From an uncultured Chloroflexota bacterium (lineage in GTDB: Bacteria > Chloroflexota > Dehalococcoidia > GIF9 > AB-539-J10), in contig CAISEW010000041.1 in NCBI GenBank assembly GCA_903884455.1, forward strand, positions 98,086 through 162,085: 64,000 nt of DNA, read 5' to 3'. This document shows positions 1 through 9,522 of the stretch, piece after piece. Each line of letters opens with the position of its first letter. Positions within the stretch are counted from its first letter, which is position 1. The notes under the pieces are model-generated. The model was not told the DNA's origin. It ran no database searches and saw only the letters and a list, made by a program, of their open reading frames with translations. The translations under genes and the position numbers were made by a program.

Positions 1-35
1 TACTCAAGGGGCTTTTTGAGAAAGGGGTCATCTTT

Positions 36-830
36 ATGACTTCTAAGGGCTATCGGTTTGCCAGGGATATATTTCAGCTTCATGATGGCACGGCCACTGA
101 CGTGAGGTTGGATGACGTTTGGGGGCGTGAGCTCCTCGACCTCTGGGAAGATTTCTGCCAGGCAGAATGGTACGCTGATTGGGCGAAGACTGTTCAGACC
201 TGGAATATGCCTGTGTGGAGGGTAATTCCGGCCAGAAAAGCTATCTCCAAAGGAACAAAACTCCTTCCGTCTGAGGATGTGGAGGCTATCCTTGATAAGG
301 CCACCAAGCTTGCCCTAGCTCACTGCTCTTGTCGAAGAATAGCTACAAGGTGTGATTTGCCGGTTGAAGTCTGTCTTCAAGTCAACCGGGCAGCAGAATA
401 TGCCATAACCAGAGGGACTGGTAAGGAATTGACTAGGGATGAGGCGATGAAGGTCATGGACGTTGCGGAGGAGGCCGGTCTCATACATAGTGTGTATAAC
501 AATTCCGGAGTTCCCAATGTGGTTTGCAATTGCTGCGCCACCTGCTGTGTCTTTTACTATCCTCTTACTAAGTATGGTGTCTTGGAGAAAGGGGTGGCTA
601 AGAGCAGATTTCAGGCGGAGGTGGACAAGGCAACTTGCAAAGGGTGTCAGACTTGTGTGGAGAGGTGCCCCTTTGAAGCGCTGGAAATGGTCAAAATCTC
701 AGGGGAAAAGAAACTCAAGGCACAGGTAAACTCAGAAAAGTGTTTTGGTTGTGGAGTTTGTGCCGTGGGGTGCGAGTCAGAAGCCATCAAGCTCGTTGAA
801 ATCAGGGCTCCTGAGTACATCCCCGTTTAA
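36..830 (+). CDS. Cys-rich iron-sulfur protein with two C-terminal 4Fe-4S ferredoxin motifs
   Basis: CKGCQTCVERCP and CFGCGVCAVGCE are CxxCxxCxxxC(P) ferredoxin motifs. Additional HCSCRR and CNCCATCC cysteine clusters. RBS-like AAGGGG 7 nt upstream of the ATG. Confidence 0.5.
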   Translation: MTSKGYRFARDIFQLHDGTATDVRLDDVWGRELLDLWEDFCQAEWYADWAKTVQTWNMPVWRVIPARKAISKGTKLLPSEDVEAILDKATKLALAHCSCRRIATRCDLPVEVCLQVNRAAEYAITRGTGKELTRDEAMKVMDVAEEAGLIHSVYNNSGVPNVVCNCCATCCVFYYPLTKYGVLEKGVAKSRFQAEVDKATCKGCQTCVERCPFEALEMVKISGEKKLKAQVNSEKCFGCGVCAVGCESEAIKLVEIRAPEYIPV

Positions 831-911
831 GGGTGACAGCTTACAAAATATGTTTTTGGAAAGAACTTTATTAGAGCGATGTTTATCTTCTAAATGGTAG
901 GTGAATGCAAA

Positions 912-1799
912 ATGCCTGAAGCAAAAGTTGGCGTCATTGGCGGAAGCGGGCTTTATAAGATGGAGGGGATGACAGGGGTGGAGAAAGTGGAGGTAAGCAC
1001 GCCCTTTGGCGAACCCAGCGACGCTATCATCTTGGGAAATCTAGAAGGAGTAAGAGTTGCCTTTCTCCCCAGACATGGCGAAGGACATCGAATAGGCCCC
1101 AGTGAACTACCGGCGAAAGCCAATATCTATGCCTTGAAATCTCTGGGGGTAGAAAGGATTATCTCTGTAAGCGCTGTGGGCAGTCTCAAAGAAGAGATAA
1201 AACCTCTGAACGTAGTCATTCCTGACCAGCTAATTGATGCCACCAAAGGGAGAGTCAACACTTTTTTCACCGGTGGGGTAGTAGGGCATGTCTCTCTCGC
1301 AGAACCTTTCTGTCCTGTTTTGAGTCAACTCTCGTTTGAGGCAAGCACTAAAGTTGGGGCTAAGGTGCATAAAGGTGGTACTTATCTAGTTATGGAAGGT
1401 CCACAGTTCTCCACCAAGGCTGAGTCGCAGCTTTACCGCTCTTGGGGTGCTGATGTTATTGGGATGACAGCTTTGCCTGAAGCCAAGTTAGCCCGAGAAG
1501 CGGAAATATGCTATGCCACACTGGCCGTTGTCACCGATTATGATTGCTGGCATCCGAGTTATGAATCAGTGACTACGGAAATGATTTTAACCAACCTGCG
1601 GAAGGGCATTGATACTGTCAAGAGAATTTTGAAGTTACTGCTACCTTCCATACCACAGAAACGAGATTGTGCCTGTGCTAGCGCTCTTAAATATGCTATA
1701 GCCACTGAGATGAAATACATACCAGAAAAGAAAAGAAAAGAGCTAGGGCTGCTAATTGGCAAGTATTTAGGTAGGGGGGAAGATGTCAGCCAGGCTTGA
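912..1799 (+). CDS. mtnP: S-methyl-5'-thioadenosine phosphorylase (purine nucleoside phosphorylase family 2)
   Basis: N-terminal KVGVIGGSGLY glycine loop and GEPSD motif typical of MTAP/PNP. The longest ORF starts at 894; the internal Met at 912 has a better RBS (GGTAGGTGA). Confidence 0.75.
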   Translation: MPEAKVGVIGGSGLYKMEGMTGVEKVEVSTPFGEPSDAIILGNLEGVRVAFLPRHGEGHRIGPSELPAKANIYALKSLGVERIISVSAVGSLKEEIKPLNVVIPDQLIDATKGRVNTFFTGGVVGHVSLAEPFCPVLSQLSFEASTKVGAKVHKGGTYLVMEGPQFSTKAESQLYRSWGADVIGMTALPEAKLAREAEICYATLAVVTDYDCWHPSYESVTTEMILTNLRKGIDTVKRILKLLLPSIPQKRDCACASALKYAIATEMKYIPEKKRKELGLLIGKYLGRGEDVSQA

Positions 1800-2811
1800 G
1801 TTTGGGTGTTTGCCCACTGCTATCGGCAGCATGCCTCACACGAATCCTGATGAGGCCTGTTCCATTATTATGAAATATCTTCCTGACATTCCCATCTGGC
1901 CACAATTACCGAGGCGCTCTCCCAAGGAAAACATGATTATCCAATTCAGCGAGGGTTTTCCGGGGGTGGTTATGAGGGGGGACAAAATTCACATCGAGCC
2001 ATCGGCTAATTTTGAGAGTGAGCTAGAGCAAATCTACACTGATTGTGAGCAGGATAATGCCCATAAATATGGCATTTCGACCGAATATGCTGCCGGGCTT
2101 TATGCTTTTCTCTCCAAAGCCACAGGTAGTAAGATAGTCAAAGGGCAGGTAACAGGTCCCATTACCTGGGGCTTGGCGGTTACCCGTCAGGATGGTCTGG
2201 GCATTCTCTATGATGACACTTTAGCGGAAGCCGCGGCTAAGTTCCTGCGGCTAAAAGCTTCATGGCAGGAAAATATCTTGAAGGAAATATCGCCTAACCC
2301 TATTATCTTTGTTGACGAGCCCTATTTAGTTTCTTTAGGCTCGGTGTTTACTCCTATCCCTGAGGAAAAAGTGCCTGTTCTGCTAGAAGAGGTGTTCAGG
2401 GGAATTAAAGGGATAAAGGGATTGCACTGCTGCGGAAACACTAACTGGTCAGTCATTCTAGACACCACAATCGATATTCTCAGCTTTGATGCCTATAATT
2501 ATGCCTCTTCCCTGAGCACTCACTCGGGTAAGGTGAAATCCTTTCTTGAGCGTGGTGGCAGCATTGCCTGGGGGATAGTTCCGAACGAGGAAGAAGTTTT
2601 AGCTAAAGAATCTTTACCCAGTCTTCGTGACCGCCTGGAAGAAGCTATGGCTCCATTTACCAGGGATGGTGTTAAGTTCCAGCAAATCATAGCTCAAGGG
2701 CTGATAACTCCTTCTTGTACCCTGGCAAGCTTGTCGCTGGAAGCGGCAGATCAGGCTCTGGAATTAACGGCTAAGCTGTCCCATGACTTAAGAAGCCGAT
2801 ATGTGATGTGA
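1783..2811 (+). CDS. core-MetE-like (cobalamin-independent methionine synthase catalytic-domain family, UroD/MetE fold) methyltransferase
   Basis: 342 aa. IIFVDEPYL resembles the MetE IQIDEPA substrate motif. GLHCCGN (His-Cys) and C-terminal PSCTLAS match the MetE zinc-ligand positions. Overlaps the mtnP stop, so likely co-transcribed. Confidence 0.45.
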   Translation: MSARLEFGCLPTAIGSMPHTNPDEACSIIMKYLPDIPIWPQLPRRSPKENMIIQFSEGFPGVVMRGDKIHIEPSANFESELEQIYTDCEQDNAHKYGISTEYAAGLYAFLSKATGSKIVKGQVTGPITWGLAVTRQDGLGILYDDTLAEAAAKFLRLKASWQENILKEISPNPIIFVDEPYLVSLGSVFTPIPEEKVPVLLEEVFRGIKGIKGLHCCGNTNWSVILDTTIDILSFDAYNYASSLSTHSGKVKSFLERGGSIAWGIVPNEEEVLAKESLPSLRDRLEEAMAPFTRDGVKFQQIIAQGLITPSCTLASLSLEAADQALELTAKLSHDLRSRYVM

Positions 2812-2858
2812 TCTGGTGAAATAACTGCCCCTCAGGTTGTATCCCCTAAGAGTCAATG

Positions 2859-3314
2859 CTATTGTTCTGAGGGATCTCCTTCCAAAGCTCTTATTTTATT
2901 CACCCTTTGTACGTGTCTGCCGCCTTCAAAATCCGTGGCTAAGAAAGTTTTGACGATTTCCAAAGCCGACTTGGTATCTATATCCTCTCCCCCGAGGCAC
3001 AAGACGTTGGCATCGTTGTGCTGGCGAGCTCGTTGTGCTGTAAATGAATTGTGGCATAAAGCCGCCCTTATACCTTTTATTTTGTTGGCAGCTATGCACA
3101 TGCCTATGCCCGTATTGCATATTAGAATGCCTTGGTCAAAATTGCCCGCCGCTACTGCCTCGCCAACTTTTTGAGCGATGTCAGGATAATCCACAGGCTT
3201 AGTGTTGTAGCAACCAAAATCTTGATAGCTATGGCCCGCGTTTTGCAGGAAGGGCATAATTAGCTCCTTTAAAGCGAAGCCACGGTGGTCACAACCTATA
3301 GCAATGTGACTCAC
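2859..3314 (-). CDS. rpiB: ribose-5-phosphate isomerase B
   Basis: 151 aa. IAIGCDHRG and CNTGIGMCIAANK motifs of the RpiB/LacAB family. Confidence 0.8.
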   Translation of the reverse strand: MSHIAIGCDHRGFALKELIMPFLQNAGHSYQDFGCYNTKPVDYPDIAQKVGEAVAAGNFDQGILICNTGIGMCIAANKIKGIRAALCHNSFTAQRARQHNDANVLCLGGEDIDTKSALEIVKTFLATDFEGGRHVQRVNKIRALEGDPSEQ

Positions 3315-3931
3315 TTTGCCTCCAGGTATTCCTTATAAGCTTTGTCAATCTCAGGCGAAGGTATGATGCCCTGACGCAAAATTATCGGCGGTTCATGGGT
3401 AATATCAACTATTGTAGATTCCTTGCCGCTGGGACATTTGCCTCCGTTGATAATAAGGTCGATTTTTCCTCCCAACTGTTGTCCAACTTCCTCGGCAGTT
3501 AAGGCAGCCGGCTGGCCACTAGTATTGGCGCTGGTTCCGATTATGGGATTCCCCAGGTGTTGAATGAGAGCTAGACAAACAGGGTGGTTAGGAACGCGTA
3601 CTGCTATGGTGGGTCCTGATGCTAGATAAGCAGGCACCGAATTTGTTTTTGATAAAACCAAAGTTAACCCGCCGGGCCAAAACCGCCTTGCCAAAAACCA
3701 GGCAATTTCTGGTATTGGCTCGGCCAGAGCAGTCAATCGCTCTACATCAGCGATAAGCAAGGGGAGTTGCCGATGCTTGGGTCGGGTTTTTATCTCATAA
3801 ATCCTTTCCACGGCTGTGGGATTGAAGGCGTCAGCCCCTAGACCATAGACCGTATCGGTAGGGAAGGCAATTACCCCACCCTTTTGGAGGATTTTAACCC
3901 CTTTCTCGATTTCTCGTTGTAAAACACCCAT
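3311..3931 (-). CDS. tsaC: L-threonylcarbamoyladenylate synthase (YrdC/Sua5 domain)
   Basis: VIAFPTDTVYGLGADAFNPTAVERIYEIKTRP is the YrdC signature. 206 aa. Overlaps the rpiB start. Confidence 0.8.
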   Translation of the reverse strand: MGVLQREIEKGVKILQKGGVIAFPTDTVYGLGADAFNPTAVERIYEIKTRPKHRQLPLLIADVERLTALAEPIPEIAWFLARRFWPGGLTLVLSKTNSVPAYLASGPTIAVRVPNHPVCLALIQHLGNPIIGTSANTSGQPAALTAEEVGQQLGGKIDLIINGGKCPSGKESTIVDITHEPPIILRQGIIPSPEIDKAYKEYLEAK

Positions 3932-3994
3932 CTTTCTTAGTGTTAGTATAGCATGGTGCTTGCCTGGGTCAGAAGTTCCTTTTTTTTACCCCGT

Positions 3995-4088
3995 GTCATT
4001 GCGAGCCCCGACCTGTCGGGGCGTGGCAATCTCTATCCCCAGCAGCCCCACAAGATTGCTTCGTCACTTCCGTTCCTCGCAAGGACAT
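3995..4088. repeat. Composite palindromic intergenic element (GTCATTGCGAG family), inverted orientation
   Basis: GTCATTGCGAGCCCCGACCTGTCGGGGCGTGGCAATCTC...GATTGCTTCGTCAC. This is the reverse-complement arrangement of the copies at 13844, 21321 and 23335. Confidence 0.8.
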
Positions 4089-4168
4089 TGAAAGTGGCTT
4101 AGCTCATCTCGGTTGATAATAGTTCAGGATAGTGATAAGCTAAATGTATTCACCACCGTAAATCTGCA

Positions 4169-5833
4169 ATGAAAAAGAAGTTAGAAAGTCACAGAATTGC
4201 TGCCAGCGATGATATCGAAGTCTCCACTTATCTGGGACTAGCCAAAGAGTTGCGCGGCGAGCAACCTGTAGTTGAGCCTAAGTTACCCCCAAGCGAGCGT
4301 GAAACTATAGTAGTGCTCGACTTTGGCTCTCAATATAGCATGCTCATTGCCAGGCGGGTACGGGAATGCCATGTCTATTGTGAACTTGTGCCTTACGATA
4401 TGCCTTGGGAGAAAATAGCTTCCCTTAACCCACGAGGATTTATCCTCTCGGGAGGTCCGGCTAGCGTTTATGATTCCGGCGCTCCTCTGCCGTTACCATA
4501 TATTTATGAGAGTCGTCTACCTGTGATGGGCATTTGCTACGGGATGCAGTCTATCGTTTACAACTTGGGTGGCCAGGTAACTCGGGGAACAAAGCGCGAA
4601 TACGGGCATACAATCCTACACATAAGTGCTGAAAACTGCCCTCTTTTTACCGGTCTTCCATCATCTCTCCCCGTGTGGATGAGCCATGGTGACCAAATAG
4701 TAGAGCTGCCTCCAGGCTTCAAAACCCTAGCTTATACTGAAAATTCGCCATTTGCTGTCATAGGTAAAGGTAGTAGTATTTACGGACTGGCATTTCACCC
4801 TGAAGTGGTTCACACAGCTCATGGGAAAACCATATTCCAAAATTTTGTACTTCAAATATGTGGCTGCCAAGGCAACTGGACACCAGCTAATTTCATAGCT
4901 GAGAGCGTAGATAAAATTAAAGAGCAAGTGGGCGGCGGAAGAGTGGTCTGTGCTCTTTCTGGAGGCGTCGATTCGGCAGTAACTGCCACCCTTATCGACC
5001 GTGCTATTGGCAATAACTTAACTTGCATCTTTATCAACAATGGCTTATTGCGTCGGGATGAACCGGAAAGGGTGCTTAATACCTTCAAGCGTAACCTCAA
5101 AATGGATGTAGTTTACATAGACGCTGCCGATAGATTCTTGGAACGACTTAAGGGAGTTAGCGATCCGGAACAGAAGCGACACTTAATAGGAAACGAGTTT
5201 ATCCAGATTTTTGAAGAGGAAGCGGCCAAATTAGGTAAGATTGATTTTCTGGCCCAAGGCACTCTTTACCCCGATGTCATTGAAAGTACCTCCACGGATA
5301 CCAAAGCTGCTGCCAAGATAAAGAGCCATCATAACGTCGGAGGGTTACCGGCTAAAATGAGTTTCGCTCTTATCGAGCCCCTGAGGTATTTGTTTAAGGA
5401 TGAAGTTCGACAGGTTGGGTTAACTCTAGGCCTGCCCGAGGATATGGTCTGGCGGCAGCCTTTCCCTGGACCGGGGTTAGCCATTCGCATCATTGGCGAA
5501 GTGACTAGGGAGAAGCTGGAGATACTCCGGGCTGCTGATTGGATTCTGATGAATGAAATCAAAAAAGCCAAGCTTTATCGCCAGCTTTGGCAAAGCTTTG
5601 CTGTACTTACTGATGTCAAAAGCGTTGGCGTCATGGGCGACTACAGGACTTATGGCTACTTGGTAGCGGTCAGAGCAGTAACTAGTGAAGATGCCATGAC
5701 TGCTGATTGGGCTCGCCTGCCCCACGACCTTCTCGCTACAATATCTGACCGCATAGTTAATGAAATTCCCAGTGTCAACAGGGTGGTTTATGATATCACC
5801 AGTAAGCCGCCGGCAACTATAGAATGGGAGTAA
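4169..5833 (+). CDS. guaA: GMP synthase (glutamine-hydrolysing)
   Basis: GATase1 domain (ICYGMQ, HPEV). ATP-PPase SGGVDS PP-loop. C-terminal dimerisation domain ending in IEWE. About 40 extra N-terminal residues compared with typical GuaA, so the true start may be internal. Confidence 0.9.
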   Translation: MKKKLESHRIAASDDIEVSTYLGLAKELRGEQPVVEPKLPPSERETIVVLDFGSQYSMLIARRVRECHVYCELVPYDMPWEKIASLNPRGFILSGGPASVYDSGAPLPLPYIYESRLPVMGICYGMQSIVYNLGGQVTRGTKREYGHTILHISAENCPLFTGLPSSLPVWMSHGDQIVELPPGFKTLAYTENSPFAVIGKGSSIYGLAFHPEVVHTAHGKTIFQNFVLQICGCQGNWTPANFIAESVDKIKEQVGGGRVVCALSGGVDSAVTATLIDRAIGNNLTCIFINNGLLRRDEPERVLNTFKRNLKMDVVYIDAADRFLERLKGVSDPEQKRHLIGNEFIQIFEEEAAKLGKIDFLAQGTLYPDVIESTSTDTKAAAKIKSHHNVGGLPAKMSFALIEPLRYLFKDEVRQVGLTLGLPEDMVWRQPFPGPGLAIRIIGEVTREKLEILRAADWILMNEIKKAKLYRQLWQSFAVLTDVKSVGVMGDYRTYGYLVAVRAVTSEDAMTADWARLPHDLLATISDRIVNEIPSVNRVVYDITSKPPATIEWE

Positions 5834-5853
5834 GTATCAAAGGAGGGGAAAAG

Positions 5854-6111
5854 ATGAGTTATTCTTCTGAAGAAATTAACGATGAACAGCTAGCTATACT
5901 AGACGATTTAGAGATGCTCCGTGAGGATTTGGTAGGCGAGTTGCAAGCCATTAACCAGTATCATGGGCATATATTAATCCTGGAGAATGAAGAGGCTGTG
6001 ACTGCACTGGAACATATTATTAAAGAAGAGAAAGAGCATGTCGCAGAGTTGCTGAGACTAATTCAAAAACTCGACCCCGTTCAGGCCGACAAATTCAAGG
6101 AGATTTTATAA
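5854..6111 (+). CDS. small ferritin-like/EncFtn-like diiron-motif protein (hypothetical)
   Basis: 85 aa from the Met that follows the AAAGGAGGGG RBS. Helical, with an ExxH-type motif (EEKEH) and a QYHGH stretch, as in mini ferritin-like proteins. Confidence 0.3.
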   Translation: MSYSSEEINDEQLAILDDLEMLREDLVGELQAINQYHGHILILENEEAVTALEHIIKEEKEHVAELLRLIQKLDPVQADKFKEIL

Positions 6112-6333
6112 TGCCATGTCACACAGAGTTAAACTAAAAGGTGTAAAGAAGAATAGAGGGAAGCATAAGAAGAAGAAGCAGCAGGTATGCTCCGAGGCCA
6201 AGATTGGCTGTTCCTCCTGATAACCTTCACTATCATTCCCAGTGCCATCTTTCAAAAAATTGGCGTTGAAAAATCCAGAAAGCGGAGGATTTAGTACGGC
6301 TATACCCAGAAGGCTGACACGAGAGAGTGAAAT

Positions 6334-7617
6334 TTGAAGATACTGGTCGTTGGCGGTGGAGGCAGGGAACACACCTTAGTCTGGAAAATTGTCCAGAGTC
6401 CCAGGGTGAGAAAGGTTTTTGCTGCCCCGGGGAATGCCGGCACAGCCGCCATCGCGGAAAATCTGAATTTGCGCCCCACCGATATAGAAGGGCTGGGCAA
6501 GGCGGCTAAAGAAAAAGGCATTGACCTTGTCGTGGTTGGTCCTGAGGCTCCGCTAGCTTCAGGCATAGTGGACTACTTTGATAAGCTGGGCATTCCTATT
6601 TTCGGTCCCACTAAAGCAGCCACCCAGGTAGAATCAAGCAAGGTTTTTGCCCGCAATCTGATGGAAAAATATGGCATCCCCTGTCCTAAAGGCGCCACTT
6701 TCTCTTCTTATTCGGAGGCTCGTGAATATCTTCAAGAACATCGTCCACCTGTTGTCATCAAAGCCGAGGGGCTAGCCGCTGGCAAAGGTGTGATTATCGC
6801 TGGTTCTTTGAAGGAAGCTCACAAAGCCCTCGGCGACATCATGGAAGCCAAGATTTTCGGCTCTGCAGGAGACAGGGTAATAATTGATGAATATCTCAGT
6901 GGTCGAGAGGTCAGCCTCATAGCTTTTACCGATGGCAAAGCAGTCTCAGCCATGGTGCCAGCTTGCGACTATAAGAAAATCGGGGATAATGACAAGGGTC
7001 CCAACACTGGAGGAATGGGAAGTTACAGCCCCCCCGGGTTTTTCTCCGCCCAGATGACAAAAAAGGTAACCAAGGATATTTTATTGCCGACTGTGAAGGC
7101 TATGGCTAAAGAAGGCCTACCTTATAAGGGAGTGCTCTATGTGGGGTTAATGATTGTCGATGGAGAACCTGTTGTGCTGGAATTTAATGCTCGCTTTGGT
7201 GACCCGGAGACTCAGGTCGTCTTGCCTCTTCTCAAAACCGACCTGGTGGATATACTTATGGCAGTAGTCCAGGGCAACCTCGACCGGGTGAAAATAGAGT
7301 GGAGTTCCGAGGCCTGCGTTGGAGTAGTTGCGGTTTCGGGCAGTTATCCTGGCAGTTATAAAACCGGCTTTCCCATACAAGGGATAGATAGTGTGGATAA
7401 GGATGTACTAGTTTTCCACGCTGGAACCAAGTTGGGCAATGATGGCATAATTTATACTGACGGCGGGCGAGTGCTCACCGTAGTAGGTGTGGGCCAGGAC
7501 ATGGCTGAAGCTCGGGAAAAGGTTTACCGCAACATTCCTAATATTTACTTTGAAGGTTGTCATTATCGCAAAGACATTGCTTTGAGGGAGATAGATAAGA
7601 TAAAATCTAAACCCTAA
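6334..7617 (+). CDS. purD: phosphoribosylamine--glycine ligase
   Basis: MKILVVGGGGREH N-terminus. ATP-grasp. 427 aa. Confidence 0.9.
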   Translation: MKILVVGGGGREHTLVWKIVQSPRVRKVFAAPGNAGTAAIAENLNLRPTDIEGLGKAAKEKGIDLVVVGPEAPLASGIVDYFDKLGIPIFGPTKAATQVESSKVFARNLMEKYGIPCPKGATFSSYSEAREYLQEHRPPVVIKAEGLAAGKGVIIAGSLKEAHKALGDIMEAKIFGSAGDRVIIDEYLSGREVSLIAFTDGKAVSAMVPACDYKKIGDNDKGPNTGGMGSYSPPGFFSAQMTKKVTKDILLPTVKAMAKEGLPYKGVLYVGLMIVDGEPVVLEFNARFGDPETQVVLPLLKTDLVDILMAVVQGNLDRVKIEWSSEACVGVVAVSGSYPGSYKTGFPIQGIDSVDKDVLVFHAGTKLGNDGIIYTDGGRVLTVVGVGQDMAEAREKVYRNIPNIYFEGCHYRKDIALREIDKIKSKP

Positions 7618-7642
7618 GCACTGAATAGAATTTGAGGGTTAC

Positions 7643-8107
7643 ATGGCAATGGCATTAGTGGGCGTAGTCATAGGCAGCAAGACGGATACTGAACTGATAC
7701 AGCCAGCACTGGACATGCTAAAGCAATTGGGCATTGATTATGAACTTTCTATTATCTCAGCCCATAGAAAACCCGAAAAAGTAAGGGAGTATGGCCTGGA
7801 GGCAGAGAAAAGGGGGCTCAAAGTTATCATCGCCGCCGCTGGTTACGCCGCTCACCTCCCCGGCGTCTTGGCTAGCTGGACAACCTTGCCTGTAATTGGT
7901 GTACCCTTACCCACAAGTGAGCTTAAGGGTGTGGATGCCTTGCTTTCTATAAGCCAGATGCCTGGGGGAGTGCCGGTAGCTTGTGTGGGTATCGGGGCAA
8001 GCGGGGCAAAGAATGCTGCCTTGCTCGCCGCCCAGATTCTAGGCATCGAACATAAAGAGATAAAAGAAGCCTATCGTAAATATAAACAGGAATTGGCAAG
8101 GGGATAA
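7643..8107 (+). CDS. purE: N5-CAIR mutase / AIR carboxylase catalytic subunit
   Basis: VGVVIGSKTD...SAHRKPEK PurE signature. 154 aa. Confidence 0.9.
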   Translation: MAMALVGVVIGSKTDTELIQPALDMLKQLGIDYELSIISAHRKPEKVREYGLEAEKRGLKVIIAAAGYAAHLPGVLASWTTLPVIGVPLPTSELKGVDALLSISQMPGGVPVACVGIGASGAKNAALLAAQILGIEHKEIKEAYRKYKQELARG

Positions 8108-8108
8108 T

Positions 8109-9464
8109 ATGATTGAGCGGTACTCCAGGCCTCAGATGAAGAAAATCTGGTCTGAGGAGAATAAGTTTGACCAATGGCTTAAGGTGGAGGTAGCCGTTTG
8201 TGAAGCCTGGGCTGAGCTGGGTGAAATTCCTCAAAAAGATATAGTCAAAATAAGAAAAGCCAGCTACAACTTGAATCATATCGCCAAGTTTCTGAAGGTG
8301 ACCCACCATGACATGACGGCTTTTCTCAACTCGGTGGCTGAAAGCCTGGACACAGAGTCACGCTTTGTCCATCTTGGTCTCACTTCTTCGGATGTTATGG
8401 ATACCGCCCTTGGCTTGCAATTGACCCAGGCGGCAGATATCTTGGCAAAAGATATAGCCGGGCTTATATCCGTACTGGAGAGTAAAGCTATAGAGCATAA
8501 ATACACCATTATGATGGGGCGGACCCATGGGGTTCACGCTGAGCCGACTACCTTTGGCTTGAAGATGGCTCTGTGGACTGAAGAAATGAAGCGTAATGCT
8601 CAAAGGCTGGCTGAAGCTAGGGAAAATATCTCTGTGGGCAAAATATCCGGAGCAGTAGGCACTTATGCCACTGTGCCTCCTCAGGTTGAAGAAATAGCTT
8701 GTGCCAGGGTAGGGCTTGCTCCAGCTCCCATATCAAGCCAAATAATCCAGCGTGACCGCCATGCCCAATTCCTGACCACTTTGGCTATTATCGCCAGCTC
8801 CCTGGAGAAATTTGCCACCGAGATTAGAGGCCTCCAGCGAACGGAAGTCCGGGAAGTTGAAGAGCCTTTTGAAGCAGGGCAGACAGGTTCCTCGGCGATG
8901 CCTCATAAAAGAAATCCAGAGCTTTGTGAGCGTGTCTGCGGGCTGGCCAGACTAATAAGAGGCTATGCTTTAACTTCTCTGGAGAACATCGCCTTATGGC
9001 ACGAACGTGACATCAGTCACTCTTCCACGGAGCGAATTATCCTGCCTGACTCCTGTCTGGCGCTGGATTATATGTTATCTATGTTCACCTCCATAATGAA
9101 AGGGCTCAAGGTTTATCCAGAAAACATGCGTCGTAACATCGAGATCACCCAAGGGGTCATCTTTTCTCAAAGGGTGCTCCTCGCCTTAATAGATAAAGGC
9201 CTACCGCGTGGAGAAGCTTATAAAATAGTGCAAGACAACGCCATGAAGGCCTGGGAGAAAAGGAAAAGCTTTCTGAGCTTGCTTGAAACAGACAGGCGGA
9301 TAACTGCTCATTTGAGCAAAAAGGAACTGAATTCTCTCTTTGATTATAGTTATTATCTGAAATATGTGGATGATGTCTTTAAACGATTGAGGTTGACTAA
9401 GACCAAGCGGGGAAAGAAAGCTGGCAAAGCTGGGTCAGCTAAGCTGGCTACTGGGGTAGTGTAA
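8109..9464 (+). CDS. purB: adenylosuccinate lyase
   Basis: MIERYSRPQM N-terminus. Fumarate-lyase signature GSSAMPHKRNP. 451 aa. Confidence 0.9.
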   Translation: MIERYSRPQMKKIWSEENKFDQWLKVEVAVCEAWAELGEIPQKDIVKIRKASYNLNHIAKFLKVTHHDMTAFLNSVAESLDTESRFVHLGLTSSDVMDTALGLQLTQAADILAKDIAGLISVLESKAIEHKYTIMMGRTHGVHAEPTTFGLKMALWTEEMKRNAQRLAEARENISVGKISGAVGTYATVPPQVEEIACARVGLAPAPISSQIIQRDRHAQFLTTLAIIASSLEKFATEIRGLQRTEVREVEEPFEAGQTGSSAMPHKRNPELCERVCGLARLIRGYALTSLENIALWHERDISHSSTERIILPDSCLALDYMLSMFTSIMKGLKVYPENMRRNIEITQGVIFSQRVLLALIDKGLPRGEAYKIVQDNAMKAWEKRKSFLSLLETDRRITAHLSKKELNSLFDYSYYLKYVDDVFKRLRLTKTKRGKKAGKAGSAKLATGVV

Positions 9465-9522
9465 TGATGGGGCATTGGCTTCGAAGTTCTTGTCTTAGCG
9501 TATAACGGAGGGAAACAGAGGG

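Noticed and set aside
6112-6333. Possible purine/ZTP riboswitch upstream of purD
   Set aside because: No recognisable purine-riboswitch junction motifs or ZTP pseudoknot (CCGCCTGGGCA-like) sequences were seen.
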